Source of the DNA: a virus
Virus record (IMG/VR): IMGVR_UViG_3300005353_000006
Direction: 5' to 3' (one strand)
DNA length: 21,368 bases
Shown here: piece by piece, positions 6,334 through 15,310 of the stretch
Numbering within the stretch: position 1 is the stretch's first letter
Layout of the letters: the number at the start of each line of letters is the position of its first letter
The notes under the pieces: generated by a model
What the model was told of the DNA's origin: nothing
The model's database searches: none
Seen by the model: the letters and a program-made list of their open reading frames with translations, nothing else
Program-made: the position numbers and the translations under genes

Positions 6334-6453
6334 GTCGGCCGTTGTAGGCTGACCAGGCCGCGACGGGCGGGCCGCGCCACCACCTCCCCGGCCGCACCTC
6401 GCAGGGCGGCACGGGCCGCGCCGCTGGGCCACCGTCGCGGCGCCTCTCCTCGG

Positions 6454-6462
6454 TGCTAGCCT
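6454..6462 (+). promoter_or_regulatory. Candidate extended -10 element, TGC-TAGCCT, upstream of the capsid gene
   Basis: Second copy of ctcggtgctag (6449-6459), about 100 nt upstream of ATG 6565. Confidence 0.25.
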
Positions 6463-6564
6463 TGGCGGCGACGGCACCCCGCACCGCGCCACCCGGCCAC
6501 TAGGGCCGCCCCACGCATCGCGGCACCCCGGATCACTGACCCGATCCCTGGAGGGGCCGTCGCC

Positions 6565-7803
6565 ATGCCGAACGTCGTACTGCAGCGTCTCGTGACCGAG
6601 CGCGAGCAGCTGCTGGACACCAACGATCAGATCCTGCAGCGCGCCGAGGAGGAGGAGCGCGACCCGTCGGAGGCCGAGCGCGAGCTGCTGCGCCGCAACC
6701 GCGAGCGCGCCACCCAGCTGGAGCCGCAGGTGGAGGAGCTGCTGGAGCTGGAGGAGACGCGCGCCCGCAGCGGCGAGCAGCGCGCCCGGATCACCCGCGC
6801 GATCGGCGCTCCGGCCCGCGAGGGCGGCGAGGCGCCCGCCGAGCGCGGCGACGCGCCCGGCGAGATCGTCTACCGGACGTTCGCGCAGTACGCCCGAGAC
6901 GCGCTGATCACCCGCGTGGAGCAGATCGGGAACATCGTCGGCCCCGAGCTGCGCCAGCGCGCCGCCGAGCGGCTGCAGCGCGCCGCCCAGGTGCACACCC
7001 TGACCAGCGACGTGCCGGGCCTGATCCCCGACCAGCACCTGGCGCAGATCTTCGAGGTGATCAACACCGCGCGGCCGGTGGTCGCCAGCTCGCGGCAGGT
7101 CGGCCTCACCTCGGGCAAGCTGACGTGGCCGTCCATCACCGCCCGCCCGACCGTCGCCAAGCAGGTCACGGAGAAGACCAACCCGGCCTACTCCAAGATG
7201 GCCGTGATCATGCGCGAGGTGGTGGCCGACACCTACCTGGGCGCGGGCAACCTGAGCTGGCAGACGATCCAGTGGTCTAGCCCGGACGCGCTGACGCTGT
7301 TCTTCGATCTGATGGCCGAGGCGTACGCCGAGCAGACCGAGAGCGCCGCCTGCACCGTGGTGGACACCGCCGCCGCCGCGGGCGGCACCGTCGCGTCGGA
7401 CGACCTGGCGGGCTGGATGGCCGCGATCGCGGCCGCCGCCGGGCAGGTGCGCGCCGCGGGTGGCCGCGCCAACGCGATCTACCTGGACGCGATCACCGGC
7501 TACAGCCTGCTGGGCCTGGTGACGGCGCAAAACCCGGTGTTCCTGACCGCTGGCCCCGGCTCGCTGGGCGACGCGTCCGGCAACCTGGGCGGGCTGCGGT
7601 TCATTGTCTCGGACGGGTTCGCCGCGTCCACCGCGATCGTGGGCGACAGCTCCAAGCTGCTGTGCGCCGAGACGCCCGGCGCGCCGGTGGAGATGCGCGC
7701 CGTGGAGCCGTCGATCGGCGGCCTGGAGGTGGGCGTGATCGGTGCGTTCGCGGCCGTCGCGGTGCTGCCCGGCGCGTTCGTCCAGCTGACCCCGCCGGTG
7801 TGA
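6565..7803 (+). CDS. Major capsid protein, HK97 fold, with N-terminal coiled-coil delta (scaffolding) domain
   Basis: ATG follows GGAGGGG. The N-terminal ~100 aa are a charged coiled coil, followed by a typical HK97 MCP core (DQHLAQIFEVINTARPV...KLTWP...). Confidence 0.92.
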   Translation: MPNVVLQRLVTEREQLLDTNDQILQRAEEEERDPSEAERELLRRNRERATQLEPQVEELLELEETRARSGEQRARITRAIGAPAREGGEAPAERGDAPGEIVYRTFAQYARDALITRVEQIGNIVGPELRQRAAERLQRAAQVHTLTSDVPGLIPDQHLAQIFEVINTARPVVASSRQVGLTSGKLTWPSITARPTVAKQVTEKTNPAYSKMAVIMREVVADTYLGAGNLSWQTIQWSSPDALTLFFDLMAEAYAEQTESAACTVVDTAAAAGGTVASDDLAGWMAAIAAAAGQVRAAGGRANAIYLDAITGYSLLGLVTAQNPVFLTAGPGSLGDASGNLGGLRFIVSDGFAASTAIVGDSSKLLCAETPGAPVEMRAVEPSIGGLEVGVIGAFAAVAVLPGAFVQLTPPV

Positions 7804-7805
7804 CC

Positions 7806-7988
7806 ATGACCCCGCACCGTGACCGGCTGCTGGCCGGAGACTACGACCCTGGCAAGTCCGCTACCACCGACCTGGATCAGATGACCAAGGCCGAGCTGCT
7901 GGAGCACGCCCAGCGGCTCGGCGTGGCCGTCGATCCGAGCGCCACCAAGGCCGAGGTGCGGGCCGCGATCGACGCGGCCGGGAGCTGA
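7806..7988 (+). CDS. Small 60-aa protein with Rho-N/SAP-like helix-extended-helix motif
   Basis: ATG lies 2 nt after the MCP stop. MTKAELLEHAQRLGVAVDPSATKAEVRAAIDAA. Confidence 0.75.
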   Translation: MTPHRDRLLAGDYDPGKSATTDLDQMTKAELLEHAQRLGVAVDPSATKAEVRAAIDAAGS

Positions 7989-7991
7989 CCC

Positions 7992-8321
7992 GTGGCGTAC
8001 GCCACGCCCGAGGAGCTGGCCGAGGCGCTGAACGTCCGGCTGACGCCCGCCAACACGGCTGCGATGCAGGCGTGCCTGGACGCGGCCGCCGCCGAGATCG
8101 ACCACGAGACCGACCGCCTGGACACCGATCCGATCGCGGACGGCGACCCGCTGGCCAACCGCGTCAACATCGTGCGGGCGGTGGAGTGGTGGAAGTCCAA
8201 CGCGGCCGCGTTCGGCGTGATCGGGTTCGATCAGACCGGCACCCTGACCGCGCCCCGCGACGGGTTCAGCAGGCACGCGTACGCCCTGACACCGCTCAAG
8301 CAGCAGTGGGGTATCGCGTGA
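7992..8321 (+). CDS. Head-tail connector/adaptor (gp6-like)
   Basis: The N-terminus YATPEELAEALNVRL...AAMQACLDAAAAEID is typical of gp6-like adaptors. Position after the MCP. Confidence 0.75.
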   Translation: MAYATPEELAEALNVRLTPANTAAMQACLDAAAAEIDHETDRLDTDPIADGDPLANRVNIVRAVEWWKSNAAAFGVIGFDQTGTLTAPRDGFSRHAYALTPLKQQWGIA

Positions 8322-8722
8322 GCGCCACCGGCACCCTCACGATCACCGGCGCCCGGGAGGCCGCAGCGGCCGCCCTGGCGCCGGTGCTGGACACCGACCC
8401 GGCGGTGCTGATCAACCTGGTGGACAGCCTGGATCCGCCCGCGATCATGCTGGGCTGGAGCGACCCGTGGCTGGAGCCGTCCGGCGTCTGCCGGTACGTG
8501 GCGCGGCTGCAGGTGCTGTGCGTGGCCGCGCGGCTGGAGCCGGGCGAGGGCGTGGCCGACCTGGAGGAGCTGGTCGCGTACGCGATCGGCCGCCTGCGCG
8601 CCGACCCGTACAGCTGGGGCCTGCCGGACGTGAGCGCGCCCGCGCCGTGGGCGATCGGCAACCTGGACTACCTGGCCGCTGCGCTGGTGTACGGCGTGCA
8701 CGTGACAACCGAGGAGGACTGA
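8318..8722 (+). CDS. Head-tail joining / neck protein (function inferred from position)
   Basis: GTGA overlap with the previous stop. High GC3. 134 aa. Confidence 0.6.
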   Translation: MSATGTLTITGAREAAAAALAPVLDTDPAVLINLVDSLDPPAIMLGWSDPWLEPSGVCRYVARLQVLCVAARLEPGEGVADLEELVAYAIGRLRADPYSWGLPDVSAPAPWAIGNLDYLAAALVYGVHVTTEED

Positions 8723-8726
8723 CCCG

Positions 8727-9263
8727 ATGCCGACGATCCCCAAGCCGCTGATCCTGGACAACGCCGATCTGCAGATCGGCGGCGACAGCCTGGCGTGCGT
8801 GGTGAACCACCTGGAGCTGACGCCCGACGTTTCGGTGATCACGCTGACCAGCCTGTGCGGCGAGATCGACTACCCGGGCACCGTCAAGTGGTCGCTGGTC
8901 GCGACGCTGTACCAGTCGTTCGATGCGGCCGCCACCGAGGAGGTGCTGTCGGCCGCCGTGGCCGGTGGCGTGCCGGTGGCGTTCGTGATCCAGGCGCGCC
9001 GCGACGACCCGATCTCGGACACCAACCCGGCCTGGTACGGCCAGGTGATCCCGCAGCCGTACAGCCCGATCAACGGCGACGCCGGGGCGGAGTCCACGAT
9101 CGACCTGGAGTGGTCGGTGGTCGGCGCGCCCACCAAGACCACCACCACGCTGCCGCCGCTGACCGTGATGGCGGGCATCGCACCGCCCGAGGGCGAGCTG
9201 CCGACCGAGCCGACCACCACCGGCGAGCCGGGCGCCGTGGTCGCCGAACCGGCGCCCGCCTAG
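8727..9263 (+). CDS. Major tail (tube) protein with Pro/Thr-rich C-terminal extension
   Basis: ATG lies 9 nt after GAGGAGGA. 178 aa. Size and position fit a tail tube protein, and the C-terminus is TTTTLPPL...PTEPTTTGEP. Confidence 0.65.
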   Translation: MPTIPKPLILDNADLQIGGDSLACVVNHLELTPDVSVITLTSLCGEIDYPGTVKWSLVATLYQSFDAAATEEVLSAAVAGGVPVAFVIQARRDDPISDTNPAWYGQVIPQPYSPINGDAGAESTIDLEWSVVGAPTKTTTTLPPLTVMAGIAPPEGELPTEPTTTGEPGAVVAEPAPA

Positions 9264-9266
9264 CGG

Positions 9267-9683
9267 ATGGCCCGCCGCAACACCACCCGCGTGCAGATCG
9301 TCGGGCTGGACGAGCTGATCCACGACGTGCCCGCGTTCGCCCACCGCGTCCAGGTGGCGGGCGACGAGGCCGCCGCCACCTCGGCCCGGCACGGCGGCGA
9401 GTCGGCCCGGTCGATCGTGCCGCGCGTCTCCGGCGCGCTGGCACGGTCGATCACGGCGCTGCCCGCAGCGGGCGTCGGGGAGGGCGCCAGGGCCACCATG
9501 GGCGGCGGCCTGCCCTACGCCGGGTGGATCGAGTTCGGCGGCTCGCGCGGCCGCCCGCAGGTCAAGCGGGGCCGCTACTTCGTGCCCACCCAGCGCCGCG
9601 AGCGCGGCCCGTTCCGCGACCTCGCCGAACGGCTCACCGAGACCGAGATCGAGAGGTTCCCATGGCCACACCCGAGAAGGTGA
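9267..9683 (+). CDS. HK97 gp10-family tail-completion/neck protein
   Basis: Pattern VQIVGLDEL...PRVSGALARSI...LPYAGWIEFGG...GRYFVP is typical of the HK97 gp10 family. Confidence 0.75.
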   Translation: MARRNTTRVQIVGLDELIHDVPAFAHRVQVAGDEAAATSARHGGESARSIVPRVSGALARSITALPAAGVGEGARATMGGGLPYAGWIEFGGSRGRPQVKRGRYFVPTQRRERGPFRDLAERLTETEIERFPWPHPRR

Positions 9684-9961
9684 CCGAGCTGCGACCGCTG
9701 CCCGCCACGGTGGCGATCTCGCAGTCCATGTCGCTGACGCCGAACGAGATGCGGCGGCTGAAGGCCGAGACCGGCCGCCCGCTGTCCGAGCTGCTCGGCG
9801 GCGGCGACGCCGAAGACCTGGACGCGGCGCCCGACCGGATCCAGGCGCTGGTCTGGATCCAGCTGCGCCGCGACGGGCACAGCCCGAGCTGGGACGAGGC
9901 GGGCGACGTGGCGCCCGACTTCACGCCGGAGGCCGTAGACCCTTCGAACGGCGGGCGCTAG
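9662..9961 (+). CDS. Tail assembly chaperone (gpG-like)
   Basis: ATG follows GAGAGG. 99 aa, acidic, immediately upstream of the tape measure gene. Confidence 0.65.
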   Translation: MATPEKVTELRPLPATVAISQSMSLTPNEMRRLKAETGRPLSELLGGGDAEDLDAAPDRIQALVWIQLRRDGHSPSWDEAGDVAPDFTPEAVDPSNGGR

Positions 9962-10101
9962 TGGGCCTGGTCAACTTCTGCCGGTTCTGGTCGATGACCC
10001 CGCGCGAGGTGGACGAGCTGACGCCCGCCGAGTACGACGAGATGACCCGCTACGCGGTGCGCGAGCAGGCCGAGCAGCGCCGCGCCAACCGGAGGCGGTG
10101 A
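9961..10101 (+). CDS. 46-aa ORF in the -1 frame relative to the chaperone (gpT-like segment or independent small gene)
   Basis: GTG overlaps the chaperone stop (TAGTG). The -1 frame stays open far upstream. VGLVNFCRFWSMTPREVDELTPAEYDEMTRYAVREQAEQRRANRRR. Confidence 0.5.
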   Translation: MGLVNFCRFWSMTPREVDELTPAEYDEMTRYAVREQAEQRRANRRR

Positions 10102-10104
10102 CCC

Positions 10105-11871
10105 GTGGCGGGTGGCGCCAGCGTCGTAGTCCGGTTCCTGGCCAACACCACCGACCTGGCCAAGGGCGCCAAGGACGTGGAGGCGCACGGCAGCCGCATG
10201 GGATCGGCCTTCAAGTCGATGGGCAAGGCCGCCGCGCTGGGCGCCGGAGCGGCCGGGATCGGCGCCGTCGTCGCCACCCTGAAGGTCGGCATTGACGAGT
10301 ACCAGGAAGCCTCCCAGGTGGCCGCGCAGACCAACGCCGTGATCAAGTCCACCGGCCAGGTGGCGGGCGTCTCGGCCGACCACGTGGGCGACCTCGCCGA
10401 GTCGCTGATGCGCAAGTCCGGGATCGACGACGAGGCGATCGCCTCGGGCGAGAACCTGCTGCTGCAGTTCACCAAGATCCGCAACGAGGCGGGCGCGGGC
10501 AACGACGTGTTCGATCGCACCACCAAGGCCATGACCGACATGGCCGCGCGCATGGGCACCGACCCGGCCGCCGCCGCCAAGGTGCTGGGCAAGGCCCTGA
10601 ACGATCCCGCCAAGGGCCTGACCAAGCTGGCCAAGCTGGGCGTGACGTTCACCGACGCCCAGCAGAAGCAGGTGAAGGCCATGACCGAGGCGGGCGACGT
10701 GGCGGGCGCGCAGAAGATCATCCTCGGCGAGGTGGAGAAGCGATACGGCGGCGCCGCCGAGGCCGCTGGTAAGACGCTTCCCGGGATGATCAACATTGCC
10801 AAGCAGTCGTTCAACAACCTGGCGGGCGAGCTGGTCGCCAAGATGATCCCGGCGCTGCTGGCGGTGGTCTCGTTCATCCGCGAACACTGGCCCGAGATCT
10901 CGCTGGTGATCGCCAAGGTGACCGCGACGGTCAAGCCGCTGCTGGTCGCGCTGGCGCAGCTGTTCCTGGAGATCGTGGACGTGATCGTCTCCGCCTGGCC
11001 GTCGATCCGGCCGGTGATCCTGGCGATCCTCCCGGCCCTGCAGGCCGCCGTCGCGGTGATCACCAACGTGGTGAAGCTGGTCACCGCGCTGCTGCGCGGC
11101 GACTGGAGCGCCGCCTGGACGGCGGCCAAGGCCATCGTGCTGAACATCGTCAAGCTGATCACCGCGCTGCTGCGGTTCGAAGTCACGATCTGGAAGACCG
11201 TCCTGAGCGCCGCCTGGACAGCGATCAAGGCCGCCACCAGCGCCGCCTGGAACGCGATCAAGGCGGCCGTCTCCAGCGCCGTCACCGCGATCGGCGGCGC
11301 GCTCGGTCAGATCCCCGCCAAGATCTCCAGCCTGGTGCACAGCGTCGCGACGCAGGCGGGCAAGCTGGGCAGCGCGATCAAGGACGGGATCGTGGACGGC
11401 GCCAAGGACGCGCTGCGCGCCGTCGGCGACGCGATCGGTGCGATCCCGGGCAAGATCTCCAGCCTGGTGCACGCCGTTGGCCGCGAGGCGGGCCGCGTCG
11501 CCAGCGCGATCAAGGATCCGATCAACGCGGTGATCCGGGCCTGGAACGGGATCGTCTTTCACGTGCCCAAGTTCACCGTCGGCGGCGGCTCGCACCTGGG
11601 CGTCGATATCCCCAAGTTCACGTTCGGCGGCCAGTCGATCGACTTCCCGAACCTGCCGACGCTGGCCCGCGGCGGGGTGCTGACCCGGCCCACGCTGTTC
11701 GTGGGCGGCGAGGCCGGGCGCGAGATCGTGGCGCCCGAGTCGCTGCTGCGGCAGCTGCTGCGCGAGGAGCACGGCGCCACCTACCAGCTGTTCCTGCAGC
11801 CGCGCACCGCCGACGCCCAGGACGTGGCGTACGCGTTCCGGCGGCTGGAGCTGCTGAGGACGGGCCGCTAG
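10105..11871 (+). CDS. Tape measure protein
   Basis: 588 aa, Ala/Gly/Lys-rich and helical with hydrophobic central segments. Lies directly before the Dit-like gene. Confidence 0.9.
   Translation: MAGGASVVVRFLANTTDLAKGAKDVEAHGSRMGSAFKSMGKAAALGAGAAGIGAVVATLKVGIDEYQEASQVAAQTNAVIKSTGQVAGVSADHVGDLAESLMRKSGIDDEAIASGENLLLQFTKIRNEAGAGNDVFDRTTKAMTDMAARMGTDPAAAAKVLGKALNDPAKGLTKLAKLGVTFTDAQQKQVKAMTEAGDVAGAQKIILGEVEKRYGGAAEAAGKTLPGMINIAKQSFNNLAGELVAKMIPALLAVVSFIREHWPEISLVIAKVTATVKPLLVALAQLFLEIVDVIVSAWPSIRPVILAILPALQAAVAVITNVVKLVTALLRGDWSAAWTAAKAIVLNIVKLITALLRFEVTIWKTVLSAAWTAIKAATSAAWNAIKAAVSSAVTAIGGALGQIPAKISSLVHSVATQAGKLGSAIKDGIVDGAKDALRAVGDAIGAIPGKISSLVHAVGREAGRVASAIKDPINAVIRAWNGIVFHVPKFTVGGGSHLGVDIPKFTFGGQSIDFPNLPTLARGGVLTRPTLFVGGEAGREIVAPESLLRQLLREEHGATYQLFLQPRTADAQDVAYAFRRLELLRTGR
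11320..11517 (+). repeat. In-frame 132-nt (44-aa) tandem duplication inside the tape measure gene
   Basis: Exact 21-mer aagatctccagcctggtgcac at 11320 and 11452. agcgcgatcaagga occurs at about 11371 and 11504. Confidence 0.85.
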
Positions 11872-12732
11872 ATGGCCGCCGGGAAGTGGGCGCCGTGGCC
11901 GGGCTGCGAGACGCTGGAGTACCGCAGCGCCGACGGCGACGCGATCCGGTTCCTGATGCTGGCCGGGGCCAAGGCCCGGATGATGCCGCCGGTTGCGCTG
12001 ACCATGCTGCCGGTGCCCGCCGCCAACGGGTCGCGGTTCCTGGGCGCCGCGCACGTGGAGCGGATCGTCTCCATGCCCGTCGCGTTCCCGGGATCGTTCG
12101 ATGGCCGCAGCGACCTGCGGCAGTGGGCGCGGGTGCTGGATCCGACCCGCGGGGAGGGCACGCTGACGGTGGTGGACGGCGCCAACCCGGGCCGGTTCCT
12201 GCGCTGCGCGTACGACTCCGGCCTGGACGACCTCGAGGAGCACCGCCCGGACGTGAACGTCGGCGCGCTGCTGTTCCGGGCCGGGTTCCCGTATTGGCTG
12301 GACGGCACCGAGCAGTCGATCGCGGTGGCGCAGGGCAGCGCCGTGCGGCGCTGGTTCCCGTTCCTGCCGCTGATCCTCGGCGCCTCCGACGCGTACGGGC
12401 TGTTCACGATCACCAACCTGGGCGACGCGCCCGCCTACCCGGTGCTGACGGTGCTGGGGCCAGGCACCGACGTGACCGCCCGCAACGTCACCACCGGCCA
12501 GGCGTGGACGGTCACCGGCCTGGTGCCGGACGGATCGACGCTGGTGGTGGACACCCGGCCGGGCCGCAAGGCGGTGCGGCTGGACGGCGCCAACGTGTTC
12601 AGTCGGCTGACCGCGCCGTCCCAGCTGTGGGCGCTGCAGCGGGGCGTGAACCAGGTGGAGCTGTCGATCGCGGCCACCTCGGCGGCGACGCTGGCGACGC
12701 TGACCTGGAGGCAGACGTGGCTGGCGGCGTAG
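11872..12732 (+). CDS. Distal tail protein (Dit; phage tail family protein)
   Basis: TAGATG junction with the TMP gene. 286 aa. Position and typical N-terminal pattern. Confidence 0.75.
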   Translation: MAAGKWAPWPGCETLEYRSADGDAIRFLMLAGAKARMMPPVALTMLPVPAANGSRFLGAAHVERIVSMPVAFPGSFDGRSDLRQWARVLDPTRGEGTLTVVDGANPGRFLRCAYDSGLDDLEEHRPDVNVGALLFRAGFPYWLDGTEQSIAVAQGSAVRRWFPFLPLILGASDAYGLFTITNLGDAPAYPVLTVLGPGTDVTARNVTTGQAWTVTGLVPDGSTLVVDTRPGRKAVRLDGANVFSRLTAPSQLWALQRGVNQVELSIAATSAATLATLTWRQTWLAA

Positions 12733-13841
12733 GGTTCCACGGCCCCACCGTGCGGCTGTGGGCGTGCGACTGGCAGACCCCGCTGGCCGAGATCGACACC
12801 TACGACCACGGCACGCTGATCGCCCGGTACAACGAGATCTCCACGTATGAGCTGGAGCTGCCCGCCGACACCGAGGCGGCGCAGCTGCTGCTCGCCGCCG
12901 ACCGCCCCAGGCTGCTGATCTTCACCGATGACGTGGTGTACCGATCGGGGCCGGTAACGCGGATCGAACGCACCCGCGACGCGACCAGCGACATGGTGAC
13001 CCTGAACGGCGTGGACGACCTGGTGTGGCTGGCGCGGCGGCTGGCGCACCCCGAGCCGGGCACCGCCGCGCCGCCCTACGCCACCAGCGCGTACGACACC
13101 CGCACCGGCGCCGCGTCGCAGGTGATCGCGGGCTACGTCGACCGCAACGCCGGGCCGTCGGCGATCGCGGCGCGGCAGGTGGCGGGCCTGACGGTGCCGA
13201 CCCCGGCCGCGTTCGGCGGCACGATCACCACCAGCGCCCGCTACCAGGGCCTGCTCGCGTTCCTGCAGCCGATCGCGGCCGCCGCCCGGCTCGGGATCCG
13301 CGTCCGGGATCTCGCGTTCGAAGTGTTCCAGCCGTCCGGCGCGGCGGTGTTCAACGTCGGCCTGGGCACGCTGGCCAGCTGGCAGTCGGCGCTGGAGGCG
13401 CCCGACCTGAACTACGTGTACGTGGCCGGGGCGGGCGTCGGCAGCGCGCGGCTGATCCGCGAGTACCAGGACACCGGCGCGGTGCTGCAGTGGGGCCGGG
13501 TGGAGACGTTCATCGACCGGCGCGACACCAGCGCCACCGCCGAGCTTGACCAGGCCGGGGCCGAGGCGCTGGCCGACGGGGTGCGGCCGATCATGGTGAC
13601 GCTGGAGGTGATGGACACCGACGGGCAGCAGTTCCTGCGCGACTGGAACGTGGGCGACCTGGCGACCGTGGTGGTCGGCGACCTGGTGACCACCGACGTG
13701 ATCGTGGAGGCGCAGATCGACCTGCTGCCGAACCGGCCGCTGCAGGTGCGCCCGACCGTCGGCGCCAGCTCGCTGACCCTGGCGCAGTGGCGGCTGGCGC
13801 AACGCCAGGCGCAACGACTCCGGCAGCTGGAAAGGATCTAA
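12717..13841 (+). CDS. Minor tail protein in the Tal position (Gp37-like)
   Basis: GTG 12717 overlaps the Dit 3' end. The long upstream extension of this ORF is a frame shadow of Dit. 374 aa. Confidence 0.7.
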   Translation: MAGGVGFHGPTVRLWACDWQTPLAEIDTYDHGTLIARYNEISTYELELPADTEAAQLLLAADRPRLLIFTDDVVYRSGPVTRIERTRDATSDMVTLNGVDDLVWLARRLAHPEPGTAAPPYATSAYDTRTGAASQVIAGYVDRNAGPSAIAARQVAGLTVPTPAAFGGTITTSARYQGLLAFLQPIAAAARLGIRVRDLAFEVFQPSGAAVFNVGLGTLASWQSALEAPDLNYVYVAGAGVGSARLIREYQDTGAVLQWGRVETFIDRRDTSATAELDQAGAEALADGVRPIMVTLEVMDTDGQQFLRDWNVGDLATVVVGDLVTTDVIVEAQIDLLPNRPLQVRPTVGASSLTLAQWRLAQRQAQRLRQLERI

Positions 13842-13844
13842 CCG

Positions 13845-14705
13845 ATGGCTGATCTTGCAGTGTGGCCGACCGACGGCGCCGACGGCAGCGTCTCCTCCGA
13901 GGCGCGATGGCGCAAGATGGCGCGGCTGTGGGTGCCGAGCGGCGTGGACGTGTCGCCGCTCGGTGTCGGCGGCGCGGGTGCGCTGGCGCCGACGCTGGTG
14001 GCTGGCCCGACGATCAACGTGGCGATCGGCGGCTGTTGGCTGGACGGCCACTACGCCGAGCTGACCACGCCCGCCAGCGTGCCCGCGACCGCCAACGGCC
14101 TGCTGGTGGTGCGGTTCACCCCGGCCGACAATCACGCCGAGCTGCTGTTCCGCGACGCGGCGGTGCTGCCGCCGACGCAGACCGCCGTGACCTGGGAGCT
14201 GGCGATCGCCAGCATGGCGGCGGGCGCGCTGACCGACCGCAGGATGCGCAACGGGTCGCCGCCGACGTTCCCCAACTACGCCACCCTGAAGGCGCTGTAC
14301 CCGACCGCGCCGGACGGGTTCCAGGCGGTGACGCTGGACGACGGCCGCACCTACACGTTCCGGGCGGCCGCGTTCACGTACACCCCGCCCGGCGTGGCCG
14401 CACCAGCCAACCGCTGGGAGACGATCGTGATGGCCTCGTTCGCGAAGACCACCGACGCGTCGGGCCTGATCAACGTGACCGCCGCCGACCTGGGCGTGGA
14501 CGGGATCATCCACGGCACCGGCCACGCGGGCTGGGACGCGTCGGCGCCGCCCGGCCGCAACTTCGGCGCGTTCGTGCGCTGGACGGCCGCCACCAACCTG
14601 CAGTTCTGCAGCTGGAAGATCTCCGCCACCTCGGCGGGCACGCTGACCCTGAACACCTCGGTGTCGCTGAACGTCACCGCCCACGCGCTGTGCTGGCGGA
14701 TCTGA
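13845..14705 (+). CDS. Minor tail / putative receptor-binding (fibre-like) protein
   Basis: ATG follows GGAAAGGA. 286 aa. Position after the Tal-position gene. Confidence 0.7.
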   Translation: MADLAVWPTDGADGSVSSEARWRKMARLWVPSGVDVSPLGVGGAGALAPTLVAGPTINVAIGGCWLDGHYAELTTPASVPATANGLLVVRFTPADNHAELLFRDAAVLPPTQTAVTWELAIASMAAGALTDRRMRNGSPPTFPNYATLKALYPTAPDGFQAVTLDDGRTYTFRAAAFTYTPPGVAAPANRWETIVMASFAKTTDASGLINVTAADLGVDGIIHGTGHAGWDASAPPGRNFGAFVRWTAATNLQFCSWKISATSAGTLTLNTSVSLNVTAHALCWRI

Positions 14706-14718
14706 GAAGGAGACGAGC

Positions 14719-15006
14719 ATGGGCTACCTGGAGATCGCGAACATGGCCGCCAGCGAGTCGCTGTCGCGCCGGATCACCGCCGCCGCCGCCAGCGAGGCGC
14801 ACGCCGGGGCGGTGCTGATCCCCGACCAGCCCGAGTCCTGGGCGGGCGTCAACCGCTGGGTGCTGTGCGCGGCGCCCGGCTGGGCTGACGCGTGGGCGAG
14901 CGCCGAGGCGGCCGACGTGGAGGATCCGGGCGCCGACCCGGGCGTGATCACCGACGGCATGATCCTGTCCGAGGTGCAGGCGGTGCTGGGCGGCGCACCG
15001 GCGTAG
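14719..15006 (+). CDS. Hypothetical 95-aa protein (last gene of the tail block)
   Basis: ATG follows GAAGGAG. High GC3. Confidence 0.7.
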   Translation: MGYLEIANMAASESLSRRITAAAASEAHAGAVLIPDQPESWAGVNRWVLCAAPGWADAWASAEAADVEDPGADPGVITDGMILSEVQAVLGGAPA

Positions 15007-15092
15007 ACCACCCTGGCGCAGTGGTGCGCGCACCCCGACGGGTGGGTGGTAGCCGCCACTGGACGGCTGGTGGAGCGGTCAACTAGATTGTG

Positions 15093-15129
15093 GGCCTGCT
15101 TCCAGGCCATCGGGGGCCGGTACGGCCCC
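15093..15129 (+). terminator. Two tandem perfect hairpins downstream of the late gene block
   Basis: GGCCTG-cttc-CAGGCC (15093-15108) and GGGGCCG-gta-CGGCCCC (15113-15129). Confidence 0.45.
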
Positions 15130-15310
15130 GTCTACGGCGGTGGCCTGGTCGGCGGAGGACAGCAGCGGGCGAGCCGGGCGCGGCACCCCGCCGTCGGTCT
15201 GAACCGGGCCGTTCGGAGGGGACGACCCTGACCTGCTAGGGGGGCGTCCCATGCCACGCATTCGCCGCAAATTGCGACACTTACGTGAGATCCGCAGACC
15301 CGCGCCAACG

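Noticed and set aside
6368-6422. 11-nt direct repeat cgggccgcgcc (6368 and 6412) in the gap upstream of the capsid gene
   Set aside because: It is a pure G/C repeat of this length, which is easily produced by chance at this base composition, and it has no associated structure.
9958-12243. 761-aa minus-strand ORF, and similar long antisense ORFs at 12435-14720, 15666-17633, 5914-7530, 3638-5044 and 8445-9671
   Set aside because: These are shadow ORFs typical of very high-GC DNA. Their translations are Arg/Gly/Pro/Ala-rich with no motifs, and they lie antisense to + strand genes that have clear family signatures, ribosome-binding sites and GC3 bias.
11886-12716. Long N-terminal extension of the 11886-13841 ORF
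   Set aside because: It is an alternative-frame shadow of the well-supported Dit gene (11872-12732) and is Arg/Pro/Gly-rich. The real start is taken as GTG 12717.
15007-15050. Nested hairpin (ACCACCC...GGGTGGT with inner GCGCA-gtgg-TGCGC) right after the 14719-15006 gene, considered as a terminator
   Set aside because: The inner stem is short and the outer pairing is long-range and interrupted. The tandem perfect hairpins at 15093-15129 are better terminator candidates.
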